Shown here in pieces: positions 8,831-16,698 of a stretch of 28,566 nucleotides of DNA; position 1 is the first letter of the stretch, and each line of letters opens with the position of its first letter. The stretch is from a virus. A program made the translations under genes and the position numbers. The notes beneath the pieces were generated by a model. That model made no database searches. It was not told where the DNA came from and was given only the letters and a program-made list of their open reading frames with translations. The stretch lies in the IMG/VR virus record IMGVR_UViG_3300009431_000983; one strand, written 5' to 3'.

Positions 8831-9454
8831 CTAGCCGAATAGAGCAGCGTCCACCACCTGCGAAGATACTGGACGATCGGACTTTCCCTGGGAAAGCCAC
8901 TCTTTGAACTGACCCCAGGTCAAAGCTGTAACGCTTCCTAGTCCTTTCCACCCAGGCTCGTAGTTACTTAAATATCCTTCTCTTGCCGCCTTCTCATTGG
9001 TGAACCCAACCATCACCTTGTGCTCATCGAACTCGCCATCCCAATTCTGGTCAACAACAAAAACGACTTCTGATTCCGGATTGTCTCCTATAAACACATC
9101 GATGTGGTCTCCATCAGCATCACTCTCTGTCAAACGGATATACCCGTAATGATGCTTCATCTTGATGGACCACTCCACGCCGTCCGAACTCTTTCCGCTG
9201 CGGGTTTGCCCCTTCCCTGTCTCAATCGTAATAGGGAGGCCCCGAACCGTAACTTTGCCTTTACGGTAATTCCCCGTCTCTTTCTGCTTTTCGGTGGGAT
9301 TTGGCTCGCACTTCTTGGCCGCCTCGTCAATCAGCTTCTTCAGGTCACCGTTCACCTGGGCAACCACTATCGACAGAAGCTGACTTGCCGACTTTAATCT
9401 TCCGTCTGCACCTATCACCACTGAAATCCCTATACCCGTTGTACCGTGCTTCAC
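8831..9454 (-). CDS. divergent family-I inorganic pyrophosphatase-like protein
   Basis: KHHYGYIRLTESDADGDHIDVFIGD resembles the PPase core NYGYI..T.S.DGDP.DVLV. Weaker matches elsewhere in the protein. Start uncertain: GTG at 9454 has no SD, while GTG GTG at about 9416 is preceded by AGGGA. Confidence 0.45.
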   Translation of the reverse strand: MKHGTTGIGISVVIGADGRLKSASQLLSIVVAQVNGDLKKLIDEAAKKCEPNPTEKQKETGNYRKGKVTVRGLPITIETGKGQTRSGKSSDGVEWSIKMKHHYGYIRLTESDADGDHIDVFIGDNPESEVVFVVDQNWDGEFDEHKVMVGFTNEKAAREGYLSNYEPGWKGLGSVTALTWGQFKEWLSQGKSDRPVSSQVVDAALFG

Positions 9455-9622
9455 GTTGACAGTTCGTCCGGCCTTGGCGGACTCTTTACAGCCGCAATAA
9501 AGGGCTATAAACAGCGAAATGTCTGTTCTGTCACAAGAAACTGCCCGTACACGACGAAGTGATGAACGAAACTGAATTCGCCCACCACTTCGTTATACCG
9601 ACTACAGGGACTACACCTATTT

Positions 9623-11154
9623 CTAACTTCTGGCCCAAAGTCTGGAGCGGAAATCGTAACTATATCCGCGGCCCTTCAGGTGCTTCTTCACTGCGTTGAT
9701 TTCCGACTTCGTGTAAGCCTCAAGCTCCGTTCCCTCAGGCAATCTCGCCGTAGTTCCCTCCTCATCGAGACTGCCGCTGGAGAACGTGCTCAAAAGTTCA
9801 ACGAGTCTCGCCTCAGTAACCTTGCCGTTACTCCCGGAAGGAGACTTGCTCTTCTTGGACGTCGTCTTGCGGCTCGCCTCCTCCTCAGGGTCAAACACTT
9901 TGCAACGAGTGATGACCGTCTGCTTGATTCCACGATATTCGTCATGCTTCTTGATGGTGCCCCGAACCAGCCGGTAGTCACCATATTCCCAGTCCTCATC
10001 ATAGTAGCTGGAGGAGAACCAGACAAATTGGTTGCCGTCTTCGTCTTCCAGCTTGTGGATGTGAGTGACTCCATAGTCTCCTTCGCTTCCCCGACGCTTC
10101 CGATATGTCTGCTGTTCAAAAACTTAAGGTCCCGCTCCTTGCGCTCGACTTCCCGCTCCATGTGTCTCTGATAGGAGGGGTAAATCGAAACCGCAAGGCC
10201 AATACCCCGACTGTCCACGTGCCCGATATTGGCCACGACCTTGATATTGTAAAGGTAATCGTTGTCTTCACCGACCGCAGCCGCCCACCATATCGCGGCC
10301 TCTGCCTGCTCCTTAACCTTGTCGGTCAGGGCTTCCCGGACGCTCTCCGCCCACTCAATGTCTCGTCGCTCCTTGAACCCACCACGAGGGGGTTCCATGT
10401 ACTTCATGACGCTGCATGCGGTGGACGTAGCACCGAAACCCTGCTCCCGGGCCTTGGTTGACGAAAGCCAGCCCTCGACCTTGATGACGGCTCCGGTCAC
10501 TTCCAGAAGATGCTTAAGGTCATAAAGCCGAGGACCTCCACCACCGAAACCTCCCTCAGTGTCGGAAGCCTCAGCCATGAGGTCCTTAAGGTCATAAAGC
10601 ATCGTTGCCCAAAGAGCCGCAGCATGAGGATCTTCGTTGGCGGCCCCCAAGAAATCCTGGATGCACTTCCGGCCAACCTGGACATAACGCCCGTCCTCGT
10701 GCTGCAGGACGAAAGTATCCTTGCGATTCCGGATAGTGCCGCAGTGGTCGCAAATCCGACCACGATTCCGCTGGTCCTCAGGACATTCCTCCCCAGGAAC
10801 ACAGCGAACAAGAGTAGCCTCTTCCAACTGCTGGATGGAAGCGATGAACTTCCAGCCCTGCAAGTGAGGCTTCTCGCCGGAAACCCTAATCTCGTGAAAT
10901 TCAATGATGGTAAGCCGCCGAGGGTCGAAGTTATCGAACATCTCCTCCGGATTGCAACCCTCTTCCAGGGGAATCTGAGGAGTGTTGGACTTTTCCTGGT
11001 AGTATCGCTGAACGGTCGTCCCGAGGTCATCCATCTGGACCTCCGGACGCCCGAGCTTCCTTGCGCGCTTGTTAATCTTCTCGACCGCTTCCTGAAGCGT
11101 CTGAAGATTAAAACCAGGAATGGCGTAGGTTTCTTCGAATCTCTCGTCCGTCAT
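9623..11154 (-). CDS. hypothetical CxxC zinc-finger protein, apparently requiring a -1 frameshift (or carrying a homopolymer indel) near 10118-10122
   Basis: Frame X (11154 down to about 10120) reads MTDERFEETYAIPGF...CDHCGTIRNRKDTFVLQHEDGRYVQVGRKC...ERDLKF. Beyond that point it degenerates into an Arg-rich low-complexity tail until 9790. Frame Y (-1) is open from 10123 to 9623 with no start codon and reads protein-like sequence (GSEGDYGVTHIHKLEDEDGNQFVWFSSSYYDEDWEYGDYRLVRGTIKKHDEYRGIK...GYSYDFRSRLWARS). One extra T in the T5 run would fuse X to Y, giving about 515 aa. Real start is the second ATG (11154), with GGGAGA 7 nt upstream. Confidence 0.5.
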
Positions 11155-11185
11155 GTCTCTGTCTCCCATAGGTAGGTTTTCCCCA

Positions 11186-11222
11186 CCTTTATATACACCG
11201 CTCAGGCGTTTGGTTTCAATCG
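11186..11222 (-). promoter_or_regulatory. promoter module P1 (minus strand cgaTTGAAAccaaacgcctgagcgGTGTATATAAAggtgGGGAAAACCTacct...GGGAGAcagagacATGAC)
   Basis: sigma70-like -35 TTGAAA, 17-18 nt spacer, extended -10 TGTATATAAA. A conserved leader follows. Drives the 11154 gene. Confidence 0.6.
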
Positions 11223-11232
11223 GGAGACAGTC

Positions 11233-11805
11233 TCAAACCTCAGGTGTATCGCCTCGATACACCCCGGGACCTCCGAAGTTCTTCCTGGCAGTCTCGAAAA
11301 AGTTCGGAACCGTCGTTTCCAACTCCTTATCGTATTCCATGCCCAACCGAACCACGCCCCCTTCCCTCTCGAAGTGCCACAAGCGGGCAACTCTCGGCTG
11401 ATCCCTCCACTCAACGTGAACGTATATGGCGTCCCCCACCACGCCCCGGTTCATGCTTGCCGATTCAAAAGACACCACCCGTTTGCCCTGGTCAGTCGAT
11501 CCCATAACCGTGCCGACCTCATCCACCATCGCCAGTGCCTGCACCCCCACATCTAGCAAAGAATGCCTGATGATTTCGGCAACCGCAATCTGCCAATCCG
11601 TCCTATCTTCCGGAAGCCAACTCTTAAGGTCAAAAATCAGAACACTGATCGTCTTGACCACAAAGATCGCAGGATCCACCCTGCCGTCCCGACACATGAC
11701 CTCCTTGGCCATCTCCATGAGATACTCACCATAACTCCTGGGGTCATGGTAAGCACGAGGTACCTTGTGTATCCCCCTTGACCCGGTCTGAAACATGTCG
11801 TGCAC
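11233..11805 (-). CDS. hypothetical protein
   Basis: 190 aa ORF, compactly packed between neighbours. A promoter module follows its stop. No recognisable motifs. Confidence 0.5.
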   Translation of the reverse strand: MHDMFQTGSRGIHKVPRAYHDPRSYGEYLMEMAKEVMCRDGRVDPAIFVVKTISVLIFDLKSWLPEDRTDWQIAVAEIIRHSLLDVGVQALAMVDEVGTVMGSTDQGKRVVSFESASMNRGVVGDAIYVHVEWRDQPRVARLWHFEREGGVVRLGMEYDKELETTVPNFFETARKNFGGPGVYRGDTPEV

Positions 11806-11814
11806 GAAAACCCC

Positions 11815-12246
11815 CTACCTGTTCTCCAGGTATGCCTTCCTGACTTTAAACCAATACTTCCTAGTCTCCTTTTTGTTATACCCCCTAGGTCCGCCATTGT
11901 GAACTCTGGCAAGGACCTCCATGTTCCAGGAAGCAAGCGCCTTAGGCACATACCGCTTCCAGTAGTTATACATCACTCTCTCCGCGTAGGTGATGTTGCT
12001 GACGTCCTGGTATCTCCCCTTTGTCCTGGAATCCTTCCAATAGGCCTGACTTATCTGATACGGACCCAAGGACCTGCCGTTGTCTCCAAGCACGTTTGCG
12101 GGATTCCGAAAGGACCCGCTCTCGACAAAGCGGATGGCTTTGTAAAACTGCCTGACGTTTACCGACTTCCCCTTGAGGGGCACCTGCCCCCAGGCCGACA
12201 CGCACAAACTGGCCAGAAGAATGGTGAAAACATAGCGAATCTTCAT
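11815..12246 (-). CDS. secreted SLT/lysozyme-like (lytic transglycosylase-like) protein
   Basis: 143 aa. N-terminal Sec signal peptide MKIRYVFTILLASLCVSAWGQ. FVESGSFRNPANVLGDNGRSLGPYQISQAYW resembles the SLT-domain catalytic E-S ... NP.A.S..GA.GLMQ region. Confidence 0.5.
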   Translation of the reverse strand: MKIRYVFTILLASLCVSAWGQVPLKGKSVNVRQFYKAIRFVESGSFRNPANVLGDNGRSLGPYQISQAYWKDSRTKGRYQDVSNITYAERVMYNYWKRYVPKALASWNMEVLARVHNGGPRGYNKKETRKYWFKVRKAYLENR

Positions 12247-12256
12247 GCTTCCCTCC

Positions 12257-13753
12257 TCAGGTTACAGTCAACTCACAGACAGAACTCAGTTGAACACCAT
12301 GTTCCTCAAAAAATCCAGGCTCTTCCAAAGCTAGAGACGCCACGCCTACCGCTAATCTGCACAGGGCTTCGTGGTACTCGTCATCCAAGTGATTCCCGCA
12401 AAACTCGTGTCCCAACTCGTGTATCAAAATCCTCAGATGCCTATCAGATATCTCATCGAAAAACGCTCTCCCCAAGCAACTCACGTTGTAGTCCAGAGTC
12501 CGGTTGCCATAAAGGGCCTCGAACTTTCTGGACTTCCCCCGCAGCCTGATCATCCGTACTTCGATTTCTATGTCCGCCACCCTCCTGGCAAGCTCCTTTG
12601 AAAACTCCGCCACCCTCCGCATTCCTCTCGTCCAGCCCTCCTCTGAAATCACCAGGTCTGGATCCTCCCCACCAGAACCCGGCCTTGGCGTAGGGAAAAC
12701 CCTCCCTGAAGGCTGCATGTTCTCGCTACGCCTGACATTCTTCCACTCACCACCACTTAAAGATCCGCCTGTCACAACGTTGAATCCGTTTGCGTAGGCC
12801 CGATAGTTGGCCTCCTTGTCCGTCGGATCCTGAATAACTCGGTCCCTGCCGAACCGATGAGTCAACATTGTGTCCAGTGCCTCATCCGAACAACGCTCAT
12901 CGCTCGTAGCCTCCCTTACCCAGGAATCGCTGGCGGCTTCCCTCTCGATTTCACCGTGCATTTCGTTCAACACGGCCACCCGCAAAGTCTTCAAGTAGTG
13001 AGGAGTGACGTTGTTCCTCTCCATGTTCAGGGGTACCTTTTGCTGAACATTGACATGCCACTCATCTCCTGTGGCCACCACCGGTAGCCCCATTTCGAAA
13101 ATCTGAGACTTCTCCCCATCACGAACCCGGAATAGCTCCACCGTGGTTTTGCGTATGCTCCGCCGCAAAACCCCATCCTCTCTGGCAATCAACGTCGCCA
13201 GACTCTCCTCGAAAGAGTGTACTGCCTCTGGCCTGCTGACTACTTCCCCGTTGAAAACGGTTACTACGTCTTCCGGGGGAATCAACGCCTCAACGTATCT
13301 CTCAAACTCTCCTACTTCCTCATCCGTAAGCTCCAGAACCCCGCAGAATACGGACCCCACTTGAGTCCCGGAGTCACTGGTTTTTCTCCGACCTCCCCGC
13401 TGGAAAGACACAGTACCCTTGGTGGTCTCGATTCTCGCGGACCGGCACAAGGATAGAATGAACTTCTCGCCTACATTGAACCGACCTCGCTTACCCGGAT
13501 CCTTCAGCTTCGTAGATTCTGCGAACAAAGTGTAAGCATGGGAAATGTCCCAAAATCCGGCGGGATCATCATCCACTACTCGGTATTCGTACATACCGCT
13601 ACCCCCGCCTCTCTTTCTCTCCAGAGAAATCTCCACCCTGGAGACATTCTGATCCCAGGCGTTCTGTATGGGTTCAGCGAGAATACAGGACTTCCCGCGC
13701 CTCTCGATGAGTTTACGCAGTCCTTCCTGGTCTACTTCGAACCAACTCGGCAT
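12257..13753 (-). CDS. GHKL-type (Bergerat fold) ATPase domain fused to HExxH zinc-metallopeptidase-like C-terminal domain
   Basis: 498 aa. N-terminal AEPIQNAWDQNVSRVEISL (E..NA.D N-box) and VVDDDPAGF (D.G.G-like G1 box). C-terminal RILIHELGHEFCGNHLDDEYHEAL (HExxH plus a downstream E). Confidence 0.6.
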   Translation of the reverse strand: MPSWFEVDQEGLRKLIERRGKSCILAEPIQNAWDQNVSRVEISLERKRGGGSGMYEYRVVDDDPAGFWDISHAYTLFAESTKLKDPGKRGRFNVGEKFILSLCRSARIETTKGTVSFQRGGRRKTSDSGTQVGSVFCGVLELTDEEVGEFERYVEALIPPEDVVTVFNGEVVSRPEAVHSFEESLATLIAREDGVLRRSIRKTTVELFRVRDGEKSQIFEMGLPVVATGDEWHVNVQQKVPLNMERNNVTPHYLKTLRVAVLNEMHGEIEREAASDSWVREATSDERCSDEALDTMLTHRFGRDRVIQDPTDKEANYRAYANGFNVVTGGSLSGGEWKNVRRSENMQPSGRVFPTPRPGSGGEDPDLVISEEGWTRGMRRVAEFSKELARRVADIEIEVRMIRLRGKSRKFEALYGNRTLDYNVSCLGRAFFDEISDRHLRILIHELGHEFCGNHLDDEYHEALCRLAVGVASLALEEPGFFEEHGVQLSSVCELTVT

Positions 13754-13762
13754 GTTCGTTTC

Positions 13763-14593
13763 CTACATGTTCCAACAACCGTGAAGACACCCCTTATCAA
13801 TGTGGTCTGCGGCCCCGGACCGAATCAGGTCCCGAACCTCCTCGATCGAAAGCTCCTTACGAAACCGGTGCTGAATCTTCTGCTCCACTTCCACATGCTG
13901 GTCCAAAAGTTCCTCGTTGTGCACACCAGCGATGAGCAGGGCATCCTTGGGAGCGAAAATGCAGAAGCAGCACGACAACCGAGGCATTCCCACGTCATAC
14001 GCCCAGTGGTGATTCGTCTCGATGGAGTGAATCCGATCCCAAACCTGCTTCTCCGTCCAGTCGTGGACCGGAAGCCAGTCATCAACGTGCCTGGTGGAAG
14101 AACTCGCCCGCTTGTTGTGGGTGAAGGGCTTCCTTTTCGCACGACTCGGAGACTCCTCCGCTCGCAACCCCATGCAGTTGAGAATCCGGCAAGGACCCCC
14201 GCCGTTCTCCTTCTGCAACCGCACGTAAATCTTGCGAATCTGATCGCGCTTGTGGTCCGAAGTGCAAAACCTGGCGCAGGACGAGGGCCACATCTGCCTC
14301 TTCTCCACGTGCTCCAGGATATCTCCCAGGACCTCCCCCTTCTGATTCACCGTGCCCTTACGGCTCACGATTTCGTATCGAAACCCATAATGGGCGCAGT
14401 GCTCTTTGAACAGGTCCACCGTCCCTGGCCAGTCCATCCGGCCAAGGTCGGCGTGAACCATGATGATCCGGTCTTCGATCCCCAGTTCCTTACACAGGTG
14501 GTAGACCTTATCAGTCGTTACCTGGGAGTCCTTACCGGCAGAACTGCTGATACAGATGAAATCGTAGCTCGCTAAATCCGGTGTTTCGACCAT
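13763..14593 (-). CDS. PAPS reductase / DndC-like PP-loop ATP pyrophosphatase family protein
   Basis: 276 aa. FICISSSAGKDSQV (PP-loop SGGxDS). VHADLGRMDWPGTVDLFKEHCAHYGF (like CysH DTG..FPET). C-terminal RLSCCFCIF Cys cluster. A promoter module with SD AGGGGACAGAGA is immediately upstream. Confidence 0.7.
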   Translation of the reverse strand: MVETPDLASYDFICISSSAGKDSQVTTDKVYHLCKELGIEDRIIMVHADLGRMDWPGTVDLFKEHCAHYGFRYEIVSRKGTVNQKGEVLGDILEHVEKRQMWPSSCARFCTSDHKRDQIRKIYVRLQKENGGGPCRILNCMGLRAEESPSRAKRKPFTHNKRASSSTRHVDDWLPVHDWTEKQVWDRIHSIETNHHWAYDVGMPRLSCCFCIFAPKDALLIAGVHNEELLDQHVEVEQKIQHRFRKELSIEEVRDLIRSGAADHIDKGCLHGCWNM

Positions 14594-14625
14594 TTTCTCT
14601 GTCCCCTAAATAGAAGGTTTTCCCG

Positions 14626-14662
14626 CTTTTATATACACCGCTCGAAGCCACGAGTTCAATCG
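14626..14662 (-). promoter_or_regulatory. promoter module P2 (TTGAAC - N17 - GTGTATATAAAAGCGGGAAAACCT...AGGGGACAGAGA ATG)
   Basis: Same module as P1, upstream of PAPS-reductase-like gene 13763..14593. Confidence 0.6.
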
Positions 14663-14748
14663 TACATAGTAGTGGCGGTCCAACAAGGACCGCCACCCGG
14701 CGTGGCAGGAGCCAGCCGTTAGGGAAAACCCCCTAAGGGGTCAAGTTT

Positions 14749-16119
14749 TTATGCTGCGGTCATCCAAAGCCTTTCGTGAAACCGGTAGCTGAACCCGTTG
14801 GACTTGAGCCAACTCTTGACTCTCCGAATCAGTCCTGAGTCATACTCCTTCAGGGCCTTGCCTTCGGGGAGGCTAACGGCCAGCGGCTTGCCCTCGGCAT
14901 CCACCTTGACGGCGAAGGTCAAGACCTCCTCACTAGCATTCCCTCCCGAATTGCTCTCCAGCATGGACGTAGTCACGCTCTCGATATCGCCAGAGAGGAC
15001 CGAGTCCCAGTTACCGTCGAAACTCTTCTTGGCCTTGTCCTTGACCAGACCAGGAGCAGCGACCAGCATGTCCTCTATCGTCGGATAAACGTCCTCCTGA
15101 CGCTCAGCCAGGTAGATTCGGTTGCTGCGGGCCACTTCAGTGACCGGCTGTCCGCTCTCGGCGGCCATTTCTGCCAGGCGGGCCTCAATCTCTTCCCGGT
15201 CACCCCGGTGAAGACCCTCGACCTTCCGGTCGGCCCGTTGCTTCTTCCAGTAAATTCTCCGGACTCGGTAGACGGCCCATTCCTCTTCAGCGAGAACCTC
15301 TTCCAGGTTGCCCACGGCGTCCTCATTACCGTCATCCCGGACGCAGGTCTCGACGCTCTTTTTCGGATAAAGAGTCATGCGAGGGTTCAAAGCGGTGGAC
15401 ACCCGCTCCAGGAGCATGGCCTCAGCGGCGGCTTCCGGATGGTCCTGATAGCGGTCGAGAATCTCACCCTTGCCGTTGGAGAAAGGGCAGAAGGAGCAGC
15501 AACTCTTCTTCCAGGCGACTCCCAGAACTTCCTCGATGTACTGCTCGCACTTCTCACGACCCCACCCCCAGTCAACCAGGGGGTAACTTACGTTCCGGTA
15601 GTCCGTCGCGAAAGACTTGTCCCTCTCGACCCGCTTAAGCTCATCTGCGTTGAAGCCGATGATGTGCTTGTATTCCGTGCCAGGAAAGCTGTCGTGAATC
15701 CAGGCGTCCAGCACCACACCCTTGAACTTGATGGAGCACCGACGATTCCCAACCGTAAACTGAGGAACCGTTCCCGCCGAAGTGAGTTCATCACTCAGCG
15801 TGTACTGACCTTCCAGAAGAACCTCCGTTGGCTCATCAGTGTCGGACAGCACCACGTAGACCTCCCCCTCCTTGAGACTGGGGCCTTTGCGGGCCACCTG
15901 GACATAGCGAATGCCATGCTCCCGGAGAAGGGGCAAGATATGCTCTTCGAGCAACTTCTTGGTGTCTGGGAACTCGTTGCCGACTTGCGAGGTGAGAACG
16001 ACCAGGTCTTCAAGCTCGAAATCCCTGGAAGCCGGCTCAAGGATCCAACGCAGGAGGATGGCCGTTGAGTCAACGCCCATCCCGTAAGAAAGGATAATCG
16101 GAGTTTTGCTGTCTGTCAT
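14749..16119 (-). CDS. PAPS reductase / DndC-like PP-loop ATP pyrophosphatase family protein (long form)
   Basis: Start trimmed to the second ATG (16119). The first ATG lies inside the promoter -10 element GTGTATGTATATAAAAG. TPIILSYGMGVDSTAIL (PP-loop). KSCCSFCPF Cys motif. Long acidic C-terminal extension ending ...KSWLKSNGFSYRFHERLWMTAA. Confidence 0.7.
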   Translation of the reverse strand: MTDSKTPIILSYGMGVDSTAILLRWILEPASRDFELEDLVVLTSQVGNEFPDTKKLLEEHILPLLREHGIRYVQVARKGPSLKEGEVYVVLSDTDEPTEVLLEGQYTLSDELTSAGTVPQFTVGNRRCSIKFKGVVLDAWIHDSFPGTEYKHIIGFNADELKRVERDKSFATDYRNVSYPLVDWGWGREKCEQYIEEVLGVAWKKSCCSFCPFSNGKGEILDRYQDHPEAAAEAMLLERVSTALNPRMTLYPKKSVETCVRDDGNEDAVGNLEEVLAEEEWAVYRVRRIYWKKQRADRKVEGLHRGDREEIEARLAEMAAESGQPVTEVARSNRIYLAERQEDVYPTIEDMLVAAPGLVKDKAKKSFDGNWDSVLSGDIESVTTSMLESNSGGNASEEVLTFAVKVDAEGKPLAVSLPEGKALKEYDSGLIRRVKSWLKSNGFSYRFHERLWMTAA

Positions 16120-16148
16120 CTCTGTCCCCTGTAGGTAGGTTTTCCCTA

Positions 16149-16184
16149 CTTTTATATACACCGCTCAGGGACAGTTTTTCAATC
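16149..16184 (-). promoter_or_regulatory. promoter module P3 (TTGAAA - N17 - GTGTATATAAAAGTAGGGAAAACCTACCTACAGGGGACAGAG ATGAC)
   Basis: Near-identical to P1 across about 50 nt including the leader. Upstream of gene 14749..16119. Confidence 0.6.
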
Positions 16185-16197
16185 GTACAGGCCCCCG

Positions 16198-16689
16198 TCA
16201 GACCCTCACGATACCCACCTTCGAGTCCTCTGAACCTACCAGGAGCAATGCTCCCTGTCGCATCTCTGCACCAAGCTCCCTGGTGATCGCCGTTAAATCC
16301 TCGAAATCTACCCCGGAGACCCCCGCAGTGGTACTGTTCGAATTGAACAGACAACCGCTCTCCGGATCCCGATATTCCCCGGATATGGCCCCCCCAATGA
16401 CCCACTGGGTAGTGCCAAGATTCCTCCTGTCACGGAGAACCCTGGAAACGGCAGTCCTTATGGCTCTCTTGATTTCCGCCGTTGAACGACGACCTCCCTC
16501 GGAACTCACGGGGAACACCAGAACACCCCCCGAACCCTCCGGAGATGTGGGTTCTGACGAAGAACCCATGACCTTTTTGGCCAAGAGGTACTCGTCACCG
16601 CTCAGGACATGCGCATCCCCTAGGTCCGGATCAGGAATCACATGAAAAGACGCTGAAATCTTTGTGGCTCCCTCAGGATTTTGACTCAT
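16198..16689 (-). CDS. hypothetical protein
   Basis: 163 aa from the ATG at 16689 (the TTG alternative is at 16698). No confident family assignment. Lies downstream of a structured intergenic element. Confidence 0.5.
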   Translation of the reverse strand: MSQNPEGATKISASFHVIPDPDLGDAHVLSGDEYLLAKKVMGSSSEPTSPEGSGGVLVFPVSSEGGRRSTAEIKRAIRTAVSRVLRDRRNLGTTQWVIGGAISGEYRDPESGCLFNSNSTTAGVSGVDFEDLTAITRELGAEMRQGALLLVGSEDSKVGIVRV

Positions 16690-16698
16690 GGTCGTCAA

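Noticed and set aside
10510-11175. 221-aa plus-strand ORF and 10497..11030 minus alternative-frame ORF
   Set aside because: Both overlap the zinc-finger gene 9790..11154. Their compositions are junk-like. The minus frame starting at 11154 has the SD and the promoter module.
13538-14575. 345-aa plus-strand ORF
   Set aside because: Lies entirely antisense to the PAPS-reductase-like gene 13763..14593. Low-complexity R/P/L-rich composition typical of shadow ORFs in GC-rich DNA. No SD or promoter.
15208-16068. 286-aa plus-strand ORF
   Set aside because: Antisense to the long PAPS-reductase-like gene. No independent signals.
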